A stretch of DNA of 55,445 nucleotides, counting the filler, from Sphacelaria rigidula (Eukaryota), in the NCBI GenBank assembly GCA_964200075.2. It is 5 parts of 5 records of this genome, joined end to end, with 100 filler letters (N's around TTAATTAATTAA, not from the genome) between each part and the next. Parts side by side here need not be neighbours in the genome. Positions count along the whole stretch, not along the records: positions 33,330 to 44,337 come from CAXNAA020005543.1; positions 44,438 to 55,445 come from CAXNAA020005544.1; 3 more parts are not named here. One strand, given 5' to 3'. The notes below the pieces were generated by a model, which was not told where the DNA came from, searched no databases, and saw only the letters and a list, made by a program, of their open reading frames with translations. Below are positions 39,856-52,779 of this stretch, in pieces. The translations under genes were made by a program, and so were the position numbers. The first letter of the stretch is position 1, and every line of letters starts with the position of its first letter.

Positions 39856-40702
39856 TTCAACACGACAATCTTTCCTTAGCGATCGTAAGGAGTCGACTTC
39901 ACTCAGCTCACCCTTTGACCTGATTGATCACCGGGGTTGGCTACCCGGGTCTAAGGATCCTCCTAGAATTGAAAATGATCTCCTATATTCCCATTTCAAC
40001 AGACGACCTTCATATCCATATGCATATGTACCCTGGTCATCAACCGCATTTATTTTAACCTTGACGACCCTTCTCAGGCCACCGATTCCATGTTATCCAT
40101 GGAGGTGAGGTCAAATCCTCCCCCCCCCCACCCGGGAAATGGTGCTCGTTCGTTGAACTACTACTACTTCGAGAGGTATCTCAAACTCGAGGTTTTCCGA
40201 TATACTTGAACCCTCTGACGGCGAGGGTGGGCCATCTGGCTATGCAGTCATTTTCCAAGTAGAACTGATGCTGATTCAACAGATGACCTATGCTCCTGGT
40301 AATGGGGGCGGACTGTAACCTCTTCCGTTGAATATACCGGGAAACCTCTACTCAGGCCGGTGTTTTTGGCGACAACTTTGAGACACCTCCAGAAAACTCA
40401 TACTGGCGGGTAAATAGATTGATTGTCGCCCATGAAGTGATCATGCCAGAGACATTCAGCCGGGCCAAGTCACGAGGTAACCGCCCCCGCCCCCCCTACC
40501 GGATATACTCGCTCGAGGAAACAACCCCCCCTGCAGAGGTGATTTTTCTTGCTGCAACTCTTGTTAGCCGAACGATCAAAAGTTCGTAACAGGCCATCAT
40601 TGCTGGAGAGATGGCCGGATATCTTCATAAAATACGTGGAGCACCATACTATCATCACTGGTATCGGAGGGGCCAACCGACGGCGGGTATGCTTCACTTT
40701 AC

Positions 40703-40802
40703 CCAGGACGGTAGGCGTTCGCGCGGCTGTACCTCCTCTCGCGGAAGGGGCGGAGGGTTCAGATCCAGGAGGCCATCAAGTAGCGGTGGGACAGTTGTGC
40801 GC
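40703..40802 (-). CDS. Candidate internal exon (possibly same gene)
   Basis: AG/GT-bounded GC-rich stretch RTTVPPLLDGLLDLNPPPLPREEVQPRERLPSW. Its phase does not join directly to the 37040 exon, so further exons would be needed. Confidence 0.3.
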
Positions 40803-41309
40803 CTAACACCAGCAAAGAGACAGATGCACAAACACACACCCCACCCTTTCCCCGAGTTGTGTTCCTTTGCTCCCCTCAAGTTGTAGGAAATACGTATGGA
40901 TGATACCGCGATCAAAACAAGTTTGTGATGGATGGGCACTCAACGGTCTGCCACATGGTGTCCGTTTTGCCCCGATGCCACACGTAGAGACTCTTGCACA
41001 CAAGAGTTGGAAACGCATTCACTGATGTATAGATGGGTAAGACAAGACGCCCCCCGCGGCAGAGTGTCCGGGAGAGCTGTGCGTCGGTATTGATGAGAAG
41101 AGGTACCTCAAACTCGAGATTCCCCATATGTTCGTTTTCATCAAACCGCGGGGGTAATCCCATCTGGATCCTGCATATTTTTTCCACCTGAAAACGATGC
41201 CGATTCAACAGTGATATACTTTACGCAGTACATTTCTTGTCCATTGTAACTCTATCGACCATATATATTGTCCAAGGTGTAAAAAATACTAGTAATAGTA
41301 TATAGTTTG

Positions 41310-41574
41310 CACAGGCACCATAGGTGAGGAAGGTACCCGGTACCGGTATTTGGGACATCTTATACCCTACCGATACTGGTCTAATTCGGTTTTTTCGAAT
41401 GTCATACCTACGGTACCTACTCGTACGATACCAGGGTATTTCGAGATTTTAATACCTACCGTACCCGCCCAATCCGGTATTTTCAAAACTCATACCAACG
41501 CATACCACGGCATGGGGTACTCCGGTAAATACCGGAGGTACGCTCGGTACGGTACCTCACCTACGGTACCTGTG
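41310..41574. mobile_element. hAT-like MITE
   Basis: TIRs CACAGGCACCATAGGTGAGG / CCTCACCTACGGTACCTGTG, perfect 8-bp TSD ATAGTTTG (41302-41309, 41575-41582), and internal GGTA/TACC repeats. Confidence 0.85.
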
Positions 41575-42717
41575 ATAGTTTGTGATTGATCTAATGAGGA
41601 TCACAAAGATTGCTTGGTTGATGATCCTGCCGCACCTTCAAAATAGCCAAATTGGAACGTCTCCGACGGAATGTAGCCATGGTAGTAATACCATTGTTCT
41701 CCCATCTTCCAACCCACCCCCCAAAACCCCGAAAATAGTGCACATCCTTGTGCCGAGTCTGGCCCGGGATGCCACAGGTCGATTCCAAGGCGATGGACGC
41801 AACTATTAAGGTGAACCAATCGCAAATAGCCGTTGAGGGAGTGGAAAGATACACATGAAAAAAAAAGAAAAAGGATAGCACTCGCAACAAATGACAAAAA
41901 ATTCAGAATAGGCCGTGTACGAACGCACAACTCGCCTGGTCATGTTTTTGTTCACCCTCCGACCCGTCGCGGGTGGTGCTTCGTGTAACGGACATTGTTC
42001 TGTAGCGGCATGCGGTATGGCATCCAGGCGTCTTGCAGGCGGCGATTATCACCTCGCCGAGGTGTGCTCGGCTCACCGCGTCCAGTCGTCGCGATTGTTC
42101 AGTCGGGGGTACTATTTGTATGCCTCCACATCTGGGGGAACTGAAGATCCTCTCACACTTTTTAGAAGTACCGAGATCTTTCCACAGCTGTTTTCAGTTT
42201 TTCACCCCATTTCTCCTGGGGCTTGTTCCTTCAGTCCGTTTGTGAAATCGTGATACCCTAGGCATCTGCATGTACCCTACCTGCTGATTTTAAACTAACG
42301 CTACAGATAGTAGAGCCAGCCAACCCTAACCCTGACCCTGGCGCCGATCATGGCATACGAGAACCCTCGGCCTAGGGTGGTTTCGAGGTTGCTCTGGGCA
42401 AATTGTTCGTTGGCAGTTCAAGCAGACTTGACGGCTCAAACAACGGTCAGGACAGGTACAGGTACAGGTACATGTACAGTACAGTACAGCGGTGTGGGTG
42501 AATCCCCGACATAAGAGAATAAAAGTTTTCCTTCATGGGCGCTTCACGGCATAGGTCATCGGTGAATCAGCGTCAATTTCACTTTCAAAATAGCCATGTC
42601 ACCTAGAGCCCCTGTCCTCGCGGTCTCAGACCAGTAGACCTCACCCGCTATTATAGTCGAGTACAATGATTGGTCGTTGATTTTTCTTGATTCCATAGTA
42701 AACATCATGAATCGGAC

Positions 42718-42832
42718 CTTCAAAGGGGCTGACAGCTGACAGTCCCAAGTGCTCCTGGCTCGTCCAGAACGCGTTTTCGTGCAAAATCGGCGCCACAGGC
42801 GCTCTTTTGAGGTCTGCCAGCGCACTCTCTAC
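42718..42832 (-). CDS. Candidate internal exon (possibly upstream part of the dynein-light-chain-domain gene)
   Basis: AG/GT-bounded open stretch VESALADLKRAPVAPILHENAFWTSQEHLGLSAVSPFE on the same strand as the LC8 gene; no recognisable domain. Confidence 0.35.
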
Positions 42833-43226
42833 CTAGGACACTTTCTGCACCCCCGTCACTGCGTAAGCTACGCGACCACGTTACCGATTCTTTTTGCGCG
42901 CTTGCGTTTTTTTTTCCCTTTTCACAGGTAACCATGATGGTAGTCCAGCTAGATCATATTCTGCGGGTTGTAGAACATGAACTCCGGGCAAAGGAGATGA
43001 TCGTGCCAACTAGCGTGTAAATGGTGAGACAGCTATGAGGCAGTGTATAAGCTATGGCTGTCTCTGGAAGTGGCGATACCAGAAAATGAAGCAACTTCAT
43101 GGAGGCTGTCATCCAAATGCAAGATAATCAGTGGGTTTCGGGCCGAACAATCTCAGCAGGATGCAGCTCGCCCTTCATGCGACCCGCCGAGCACCACGGC
43201 GCTTCGCGCTTCATGATTGAGTGCGA

Positions 43227-43334
43227 GCCTGGTCCGGCGAAAACCCGGCGTGCTTCGTCCTGGCTTTGGAGGGATGCGAGGTCAATGGTCAGATGACTAT
43301 GGCATGCGAGATCATGAGTACACCCCCCCTCCCC
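43227..43334 (+). mobile_element. SINE-like family B copy
   Basis: GCCTGGTCCGGCGAAAACCCGG...GGTCAATGGTCAGATGACTATGGCATGCGAGATCATGAGTACA followed by a C-run. Confidence 0.75.
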
Positions 43335-44337
43335 GCGCGCCCGAGGGTTCTCTCATGCCTTGGGCGGGGTTCGGGATAGACTTGACAATGGGTAAGATCC
43401 CCGCGAGGATAGCCCATGCGGATCATGTACCTTTTACCAGGTGAACATGAGACGGATTCAACAGATGACCTACGAGTGCTCTTGCCGTCGAAGGGTTAAA
43501 ATCTACGGGGAAATTCGAGTTTGAGATACCTCCAATACCCGTAGACATAACTCCTTGTTATTTCATCCAGTGGCGGATCACGAATTCGATCCGCATGGGC
43601 TCACAATTTTATTGGAATCCAAAGAACATTGAAAACTCGTCTTCAAAGAAGCCCCTTGTGCCACTGTGAACAATCCCATCAGCCCGAACCTTACAAGAAC
43701 TGAAGGCACGGGGGGCGGGGTCCACTGTTGAGACTGACGAGAGTCAAAAGCTTCAACGAAGCGGTTGCCGCGGGGCAAGAGGGGGTTTGATACAGGCGCC
43801 GCCACGCAGCGTTTGTTCACGGACAAAGCTTCGGGCCGAAAATAAATCATGACCTCGTAGGTATCGAATTGGTTATGCATCTCAATTGGACCTCGCGCAT
43901 TTCCGTTGAGGGCTGTTTAGGACATGGTTTAAATCTTCATGAGTAAAGGTGTCGCCGACCCAGTTACGGTTGGCACTATGTAAACAGGGTGCCAACCCTA
44001 ACGCTATTTCTAGTGCCCACCAATGTATACCAATAACCCTCGGGCACAGGTGGGAGGGGGGGGGGGGGGGGGGGGCAGAGGGTCCCCTAGGCAAAGTGTG
44101 GCATTGGTAGATCTCAAATCGGCGCCGGAACGGAAACACGGTCTGGGCGAACTAGGAGCAGTTGAGACTGTCAGTCCTCTGAGGGCCTGTCTTAACCCTT
44201 GGACCGCGAGGTAAGTCTTCTGTTGAATCGGCATCAATTTCAAGTGGAAAAAAGTACGCATGGTCCAGGAAGACTAATCTCGCTGTCTAAACGAAGGGGA
44301 TAATCCCCTTTTTCACCATCCCCTTTTGACAGGGGAT

Positions 44338-44437
44338 NNNNNNNNNNNNNNNNNNNNNNNNNNNNNNNNNNNNNNNNNNNNTTAATTAATTAANNNNNNN
44401 NNNNNNNNNNNNNNNNNNNNNNNNNNNNNNNNNNNNN
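44338..44437. other. Artificial scaffold linker
   Basis: Same 100-bp spacer. Confidence 0.97.
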
Positions 44438-47400
44438 TGATTGGGTAGGTCGCTCGAAGACTTATTTTTTATTATTCCACTAACACAGGGTCAACCATAT
44501 GTTAGTGGGGGTCCGGTCCCAAAAGGGTGAAGACACGCATCTGTTGTATCGGCGATGTTGGGTGACGGACGACCGTTTGTTCCCATTCCCTCTTGCAAAA
44601 CAACATCTTTGGAGTCCGATGAGCCCCTAGACCGCGAGAGTAGTCCATCTGGACCATGCATACTTCTTTCAAGTGGAAAATGATGCCGATTCAGCATGTG
44701 ACCAAACCGTCGCGGTCAAAACGCTAATGAATATCATATTCATCAAACGAAAAGCCATGCCCACGGAACAACAAATACACCTTGAAACGCGAGCCAATCG
44801 TCCGACAAAAGTTGTGGAATCATGGCAGCCGATAAATTAAGCTCGTCAAATCATGACGAGGTGGTGGACCAACACCCGCCCAGCCCACATTACACACCCG
44901 GTGACTATTTGCACTCCACTCGTCTGTGTTAGGGCCGACCTCGCTGAAGTTCATCAGTACATATGGCTTTGTCGCATGTTGAGCACATCATGTTGACCCA
45001 ACTTTGATCCGCCCAAAAATGGTTCAGTTTCCTGGTTTCACTTACCGGCGTTGGGCTACAAATGTTCATGGTTGATATTACTTGATTTGAGTGCGTACAA
45101 CGAGAATCGGAATTTTAGTAGGGCTGACGGTCCTGTGTAGTCCTCGGGTGCGCACAACGCGTTTTCGTTGAAACCTGCGCCACAGAAGTCGATTTGGGGT
45201 CTATCAAGGCCTCACTTTCTTCAGGGAATGTATGTACCGCCCTTGCCCGAGTGTTCTCGGTGTGCGTTGGATTGGGTCAACCCAATCAGCCTCCTTGCAT
45301 GCCAAGGTATCGCAAGCTTGGACGAAAGGTGACGCAGTGGCATGTAATATATGGGGAACAATGGAAATAACGGTAGGGTTCTGGTTTTAGATGGCAGTCC
45401 ACTTTTTTTCGATATGAAGTTTGGATCCATGCCGTTCTCTTCCGATGACGTACGGCGCATTTTACTCCACGAGCCTGGATAAGCCCCAGAAGTCGGTCTG
45501 TTCGTGTCTGTTCGTGATATTGGTCGGTGACACTTTTTTTGCCCATTTTGGGGGGTCAGGCGCGCCCATAACTGTCACCACGTGACGCCGTATGGGCGTG
45601 TTTGTCGGCAAGATGTTCACTCATGTTCATTGGATCTGCTTCACTGTATTTTTCGTTCGTGTTGCGCAGCTTGGGTCCGACCCAGTTAGGAAATGCACAA
45701 CGAAAAAAGACACACTGCCGCTGGAACAGCGCGCGATAGGCTAGACTGTAATCCCAGATTCTGTTATTGATTGTGTGCTTGGCCTTTCGTCAATCGGTTA
45801 CCAACTCAAGTAGCATCGCATGTTTTCGGACAAAGGCGTCACTCGAAACAAGATATTGTCAAGTAAGAAAACTCGCAGAAACTTTCACGCAGATGGCCTT
45901 CGCTCACCCTGAATCCCACCGATGCCACTGGATGAGTAACTTGAACTGTTGTGTACTTGTCCGTCTTGAGAAGGTGCGAAGCGTCGAGCGTCAGAGTCTG
46001 TAGGTCTCGGGATACGCGTTGAAATGTCGAGCACACGTGTCTAAAGGTGGAACAGCACAACCGCTGGGCTTCAGTCTGATTGTCCCTGATTGGTGTAGCA
46101 GTTTACTGCGCCAGATCCCGTCAGAAAAAGCTGAGACCATTTTCTGAGACCCGAAATTTTATTCATGGCACGCGGCGCCTGATCCCCGTTGCCCCCAGCT
46201 ACATTTTTCCTTGGCACTGTAAGCATCTGTCTCTAGGATGGACCCCTGTGCCCGCGGGCTCATGGTCTGCATATCGTTGCGGTTAGGGTTGAGGTTAGAC
46301 TACGGTTAGGGTTGGGTTGGGTTGGGTCGGGTCAGGTCGGATAAGGTCGGTTAGTGTGATGATCATGAGTGGCACGAGGGACTACTTTGGAGACAATAGT
46401 ACTTACTACTTCAGCTCCCGGAACATGGTTGACCCATACGGGTCCAACTAATTATGATAGTAAAATGAACCAATTAGGAACACAAATGACGTATACCTAT
46501 CAGATCGGATTCGCTAAATTACACCGCATACTTAAACTGATCGAATTATATTAGGTCTCATCTTATCGAGACAAAAGAAGAAGCGAGCATAAAAGAAGCA
46601 AACAAAAGTAGCATCTTGACCGGTTTTCGCGATACCTCCCCTCGACCCACCCATGAAAAAAGAAGCGGCGGGTTGTGTACGTAGATATATATATATATAT
46701 ATATGGTGTTCTAGTCGCGTGTTTTGGTCTCGCCCATCAAGATTTCCAGACCTGTTTCTGACTGCATCCAGTGCCAAATAAAACCTCGATATTTGGAAAA
46801 GGTTAGTTTTCTGTTCCGTCGGTAGGGTCCAAACTATTTGCTGTGGACAAAAATATTTTTTCCTCGCTTTATTTTTGCTTGTCTTTTCGTCTCCCCAAGA
46901 CATGGCCTTGTCAGACATACCCCCACAGCATTCGGGTCAAACGCTTTATCTTGTCTCGGGTAGTCTTGGGGATATCATGTCCGTGTAATATTGCAATCTG
47001 CGGTCCTCTCCGTTTGCAGGCACACCTTTCTGAAGGGGATCACACTCCGAAGAACCGCTCAACAAAGTAACACCAATCGCAAGCTCATCGCAAAGAGAAG
47101 TATGCATCCCCATTGCCCGAGGGTTCTCGGTATACCTTCGATTGGGGTTAGCGTTAGCGTTAGCGTTAGCGTTATGAATAGGCGAAAATAGAGTACAGTG
47201 GTGGACCCGCGTTAAGGCGGTACAGCGTCAAGCCAACAGTACTAGCCTTCGACATACTCCCGCTTTGACCTGGGCCAAGGCGGGTACAGCCCTGTCGCCG
47301 AATTCGGTATAAAGCGGGTCCCACCCAAACACGGGTTTTGACGCCAAACGCGAAGGCGAATGTCGGTATCGCCTGAAAGATGGGATTTGGATGTGTGAGA

Positions 47401-49800
47401 GAGCAAGCAGACCGCTGCTCATCAAAGTGGCATGCCCTCGTGTTTCATCAAGCTCGTTTTTGTGGTGTGGAGTTCCAAGCTATAATCTACCCGGCGAAAC
47501 ATTTTTTCTGGCACCAAGGAATGAGTGTTTCCTCGCACCGCCCGATGGACTAACGACCAGAGCGTACAAGCGCAACTGCGAGCTACTACGGAGTATTTCG
47601 GTACAGCTACTGGTGTGATAATGATCTATGATGACGATCTCGAAATTATCGGACATAGTTGTACTTAAGGTTCAGTAGTGATCCAGTAACACAACTGCAC
47701 TGATCCTGAACCTCACAAAAGGAAGGCGAAGGAAACAACAGTCGAAGAGCGGATAGCTGGTGAAATATTGTCAAAGGGGGCATTTTAGCACGCGCCAACG
47801 CGACACTGGGGAGGAACTAAACAAATGGAAATGATCTACAGTATTACACACGGAACGAGCAAAGCACGAAAGCACCTACTGTTGTACACCACACACATTC
47901 GCCGCAAATGGAATTGCTCCCCACCAGCCGGATGACACTGCACGCCACGAAAGAAACATGAAAGCACCTTGTTGTTGGCTGGGGTTCGTAAAAAACTCGC
48001 TTTATTGTCAGCGGGGGTCCACAAAAAAGCGGGTGATATTGTGATATTGGACAAGAGGAAAACCCGCCTTATCGAGGGAAATATCGGGAGAAGCCGGCAA
48101 AACCCGCCCTATTGGTGGTCTCGCCTTACTAGGTGCTACCTGAGGGCCCTTCGCAACGACGAAAAAGGGTATATTTTCCCTCTCTTGCTCGCCTTCCATG
48201 CACACCTCCCGGGTTTTTTTTCAACTTGGAAACGTGCGTGACCTTCCCTCCACAATGCTGTTCGTTTCTATTTACAAGGTGGAAAGTGGGTACCCTCGAA
48301 ACTCTGCGCTGCTGTTTGTTCCATGCCATTTGGGGCACGCACAGCCTCAGCACCGGACAAGCATGACTGCACTGCAAGTATGATTTTGCTGTTCTTGGTG
48401 GTGATGATGATATTGTTGGCCGTTGGCGCGCGCTACTGGCATGACACGGTGTGATGGCATGTGAAATGCTTACATGTGCCCGAAACCGCTTCGCATGAAA
48501 CGTCGTTCTTCAATTTTTTCAGCTGGAAAATGGGAAAGTAAATGGAGGGTTTCCAAAAGCACACGCATCGGTCAAAACGGCCTTTGCCTTTCACCATTCA
48601 ACCTCCAGCCCCTCCAGATTGCCCTGTATTGCCCAAGGTCAGGGTTGGCTCCGAATATCTTGTTCTTCAAATGGCACAACACGACTCATTTTCTGAGCAG
48701 ATGGGTGATGAGTGTACGGAAAATAGTACATGACAATCCCTGACAGTCCGTTCTTTCTGGTCAAGTCACGTGGGTGCGCGTTTCGGCACGCTGAGCAGGC
48801 GGTACGTGCTTTCATACGCAACGAGGTGGTGCATGATGGCTACTACTGCTGGTGCGATGTGTACTTGAACAACACACTCTCCACATTGCTTCAGCAGTCC
48901 TCGTACTTTCGGAGTGTTGCTGGCGAACCTCTTGCGTGCTTTGATGTTATACCGCATGCTATTTCATCTCAGCAACTGCACTTTATGGTGCCACGCTGCT
49001 GCAGTACCGAACGGATGGACTTCCTTCATTAACGGCTAAATGCAACAAACGGTGCCCTTGCTGCCCACTACACGCAGTACAACATACATTGGCTTTATAT
49101 CTACTCAGGTAGTTCGAAAAGATTGCGCAGCGAGCAACAAGCACCCTCTTCGCTGCGTGCATCCATGGTTCACGGTAAAATGGTAAAATACAGTTTCACT
49201 TCCGGGTGGGGGATATTGGTGTTTCGGAAGACAACAATTGGACTCTGGGATAAGACTCGGACCCAGGGTCGATGTTTGCACTCAAACTAAATCCCCGAGG
49301 CGAAAAGGTCCGATCTTTTCAGGGTTACGAAGGGATACACCGAAGATGACGTGGCCGGCGCCATGGCATAAAGAGGAGACCAGTAACCAATATTATCTGT
49401 ACCGCTGTACCAGACTACTGAACTGCTGTACCGACTTACTGTATGTACAAATGCGGTACTTCATGTACCCTCTGTACTGTTCGGCACAGACAGTAGACGA
49501 GTATGCGGCAACAGCATAGTAGCACAGCACGACTACAGCGCTCGGTGCATGCAGTACAGAGCTGAAGCGTGTAGTGCACTAGTTGAAAGGCTCAGCTCAA
49601 TTTTTGAAGGATGCATACAACTTGAGGCGCTCCTGCCTTGAGGCACCGGTGGAATGCGCGCCGACCAGCAGTCCTCATAGGACAAGAACGCGATTTTAAA
49701 TAATCAAAACAAATATGGCTTGTTTTTAATTCAAATGACTAATTATGTATTCTGTTTCATTAATGATTTTTTTTCAACCCTATGATTGATATTAATAATT

Positions 49801-50170
49801 ATGCTTGAGTGGGTAAATCAACCCCTGATTTTGAAATAACAGTAGTCTTCCAAGAAGAATTTGGATAGATTCGACTATCCGATTATTGGAAAAATATAAA
49901 TATATATTTTTATCCATTAGATTATATTTTGTTTGTCCAACGGAAATAACATCATTTACTGATCGTTTTTACGAATCTTCTTCGTTAGATACGGAAATCT
50001 TAGGTGTTTCAGTTGAAAGTGAATATGCCCATCTAAGCTGGTTACAAACTGAACGTGAAGAGGGAGGATTGGGGCTATTACAATATCCCTTAATTGCTGA
50101 TTTACGAAAAGGAATAAGCAGTTCCTATATTGTTTGACTAAAAGATTCTGGTGTTGCTTTACGAGGCTCA
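49801..50170 (+). pseudogene. ycf42: Plastid-derived 2-Cys peroxiredoxin (ycf42/bas1) pseudogene, NUPT
   Basis: Abruptly AT-rich and intronless. Translates across frameshifts as VGKSTPDFE..VFQEEFG*IRLSDY...FYPLD..FVCPTEITSFTDRF...EILGVSVESEYAHLSWLQTEREEGGLGLLQYPLIADL...GVALRG. In-frame TAG at 49866-49868, several frameshifts, C-terminus absent. Confidence 0.85.
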
Positions 50171-50237
50171 TATTCTACAGAAGCTTTGTGAAAAAAATAA
50201 CGTTTTTATAAAACCTAAAAGCTTATAGCGGTATTTA

Positions 50238-50641
50238 CTCGGTTTATCATTCAAGAATTAAAACATTAAATACTTCAGGGTTTCGCTCGTAATTAGAATA
50301 AACCGAACATCTCACGACACGAGCTGATGACGCCCATACAACACCTAAAAGTTTCAAAATCCTGAATGTTTCCGGTAAGGTTACGCGCATTTCTCGCATC
50401 AAACCACATGCTCCACCACTCGTTTGGACTCCCGCCAATTTCCTTCATTTGTAAGCTTGCGCTCGTACTCTTCAGGCGGAACGCTCAAAGTCTCTAGTCC
50501 ATTGCCTAGAATTTCTAATAATTAGCTCTCATCGTTGACGGCGTGGACTACCAGGGCCTCAAATCCTGTTTGCTCCCTACGCTTTCGTCTCTCAGCGTCG
50601 GTAGCGAACCAAAGAATCGTCTTCGCCATTATGGTATTCCA
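50238..50641 (-). pseudogene. rns: Organellar SSU rRNA fragment (approx. E. coli positions 710-1170), probably mitochondrial rns (NUMT)
   Basis: Reverse-complement 16S-type signatures: ACATCTCACGACACGAGCTGA, AAACCACATGCTCCACC, GGCGTGGACTACCAGGG, CCTGTTTGCTCCC, GCTTTCG..CTCAGCGTC. Many substitutions at sites conserved in bacteria and plastids, with short AT-rich variable regions, suggest mitochondrial origin. Confidence 0.75.
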
Positions 50642-51240
50642 GTTCACTTTTTAGTTTGGTTTGGTTAAACTGTAAGGACATGCTCTGCGCTACCTCGATA
50701 CTACATGACACGCTTCTGCAGTACACCTGTCCAAGCTAGTACAAGCTCCACAGCAACTGGCCCCTTCGCAGAGCTCCTCTCCCCTGTTCGCTTATTGTGC
50801 CTTCAAACAATCTATCCTAGCTTACGCGAACGAGAGCTCACCACTTTTCATGCCGACAGGCTCCGCTATCACCTCCTCTGATTAGCATTGCCGCACAGCT
50901 GTGTTCTTGTAACAGGTCGTAATCGCGTGGCGTTGCTGTTTCGGTTTCACGAACATGGCCCTCAGTAGCAACTTTTCTGACGCTCAGGGTTCAGAGTCAG
51001 GACTCGATTTTGGAATCCAATTCTGAACCCTGTGTCTCTCTTTTTCGTCTCAGATCGTACGTTAGCTAATATGCCATCTCTAAGCCCGTATCCCTGGCAC
51101 TGAGTTTTACCCCTTAGTCGATCATTTCTTCGCCTGAAGTCTATTGGGCGATAAATAGGGGAATTTAGTAGATTATCCCCACGGAAGGTGGGGCATGATA
51201 TACTTCCTTTTTTTCCCTTCACACTCCACCTCTGAAGCGA

Positions 51241-52779
51241 GTACGGAGAGCAGTGTGGGGAATGCTATTCGCCGATGACGCGGCCGTTATCTCGAGGTCA
51301 CCCGACGGCCTGGCGAGGATGATGGGCATCACAGTACGCGTGGTTCGGGCCTACGGACTGACGGTCTCGGAGAAGACAGATTCTACTGCTGTGATTGATT
51401 TGATTGATTGTCGCACTTTAACTGAACCATCAGGGGTCCAGCTGTGGTCAATGGTCAAACGACTAAGGCAAGCAACAAATGAGTACGCCCCCCCCCGGGG
51501 GGTCCAGCCGTGGTCTCATGATAGACGTACCCAAGAAAAACGAAACTGAAACACGCTTTGAGGAACATTATGTGAGTACCGGGAAAATCGCCACAGAAGG
51601 GGGAGCCACCAACACCACCTCCCTCGTCACTGGTACACAAAGCAGCGGGCCAGAAGTACGCACAAACCACCAAGTTTCGATACACGGGTGGGCTCGTCAC
51701 CAAAGGTGACGAGCTCACACAAGAGATCAACAACCGGAGCAGAGTCGCGTGGGCATGGACCAGAGAGTTTTCCCGCGAGCTCTTTGATCGACCGAAAGCA
51801 CCGTGGAGACTCAAGGTCCGTCTGCTGAAGGCGGAGACGATGAAGGCCTTACTGTACGGATGCATGACGTGGGCCCCGCGCCGCGAGCACTACTGGTTGC
51901 TGAGGACGGTACACTACCGGCTACTACTGCAAGTTATCGGGTACCGCCGCGTGCGTGGCACATGCCGACAGTTATCGCACGCCCAGGCTCTCAAGAATAC
52001 CGGATGCCAAAGTTTTGAAGCAATCGTCCAGCAACGGCGATTGCTGGTCGCGGGAGCCCTGGCTTTACAACTGGACGCACGACTACCGAAGCGACTGGCA
52101 TTCGGAACACTCGTGGGGGGCGGAGGGTCCAGGACCAGGGTGCCCGGCGCAAAACTGGCTGGAGTGTCTGAGGGACGATTTTCAAGCTTTCGGAGCCACG
52201 AACGGCTCTACGGACAACAACCGACAGACGTTCGGAGTTGAAAGTGCACAATGGCCTTTAGCAGCGAAGAAGTAAGGCGGGATACGATGGCACGCGGGGG
52301 TGCTGCAGGGAGCGGAGAGGTTCATGACCTCTTCGCACAAACGAGGAGGAGGCCAGCCAAATACATGCGAATAAACGGGATCTTTGAGGAGAGCAGGGAT
52401 GAGATGGAAGAATGCGAAGCCAGCTTGTACCGAACTGAACATGGCGGAAGGGGCAGGACTCTCCATCATCTCCCCTTGCCTTCTTTTTCCCTATTAATTG
52501 CTGGCTTCCATGCACCCCTACCCCGAAGTGGTGTGTTGTTATGTGGTGCTTTTCCTGCTATGTTCATTCGTACACGTGGCTGTCCCTCTAGAGGTCCAAG
52601 GATGGAACCCTGAAATTCTTATCGCTATGGTTGGTGATCTTGGTCCCTGAGGTTTGACTCCCTTCCTATTTGGCTTCGCGTGTTGAGTGGACCAATGGAC
52701 CCTGCCTCCAGGGGCCCGAATGGTCGCACAAGGCATCGGAACTTGGGAGGCTAGGAATATATATATATATATATATATA
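51241..52779 (+). mobile_element. Decayed 5'-truncated RTE-like LINE (RT C-terminal half plus 3' region, ends in (TA)n)
   Basis: VWGMLFADDAAVISRS (RT YADD-type motif), YGLTVSEK, then KALLYGCMTW and QQRRLL..G...RLPKRL, typical of RTE ORF2. Frameshifted and interrupted at ~51380-51550; (TA)n at ~52758-52779. Confidence 0.85.
51450..51496 (+). mobile_element. 47-bp family A insertion with target-site duplication
   Basis: GGGGTCCAGC(T/C)GTGGTC is duplicated at 51433-51449 and 51499-51515; an empty-site homologue is visible at ~25290-25335. Confidence 0.8.

Noticed and set aside
46282-46352. Telomere-like TTAGGG repeats (also 47146-47173, 42321-42340)
   Set aside because: Short, degenerate and interstitial; not a telomere array.
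49886-50137. Intact 83-aa peroxiredoxin ORF
   Set aside because: One frame of a frameshifted, stop-containing, truncated pseudogene.
50238-50641. Functional rRNA gene or bacterial contaminant
   Set aside because: Only ~400 bp, mutated at conserved positions and embedded among nuclear repeats.
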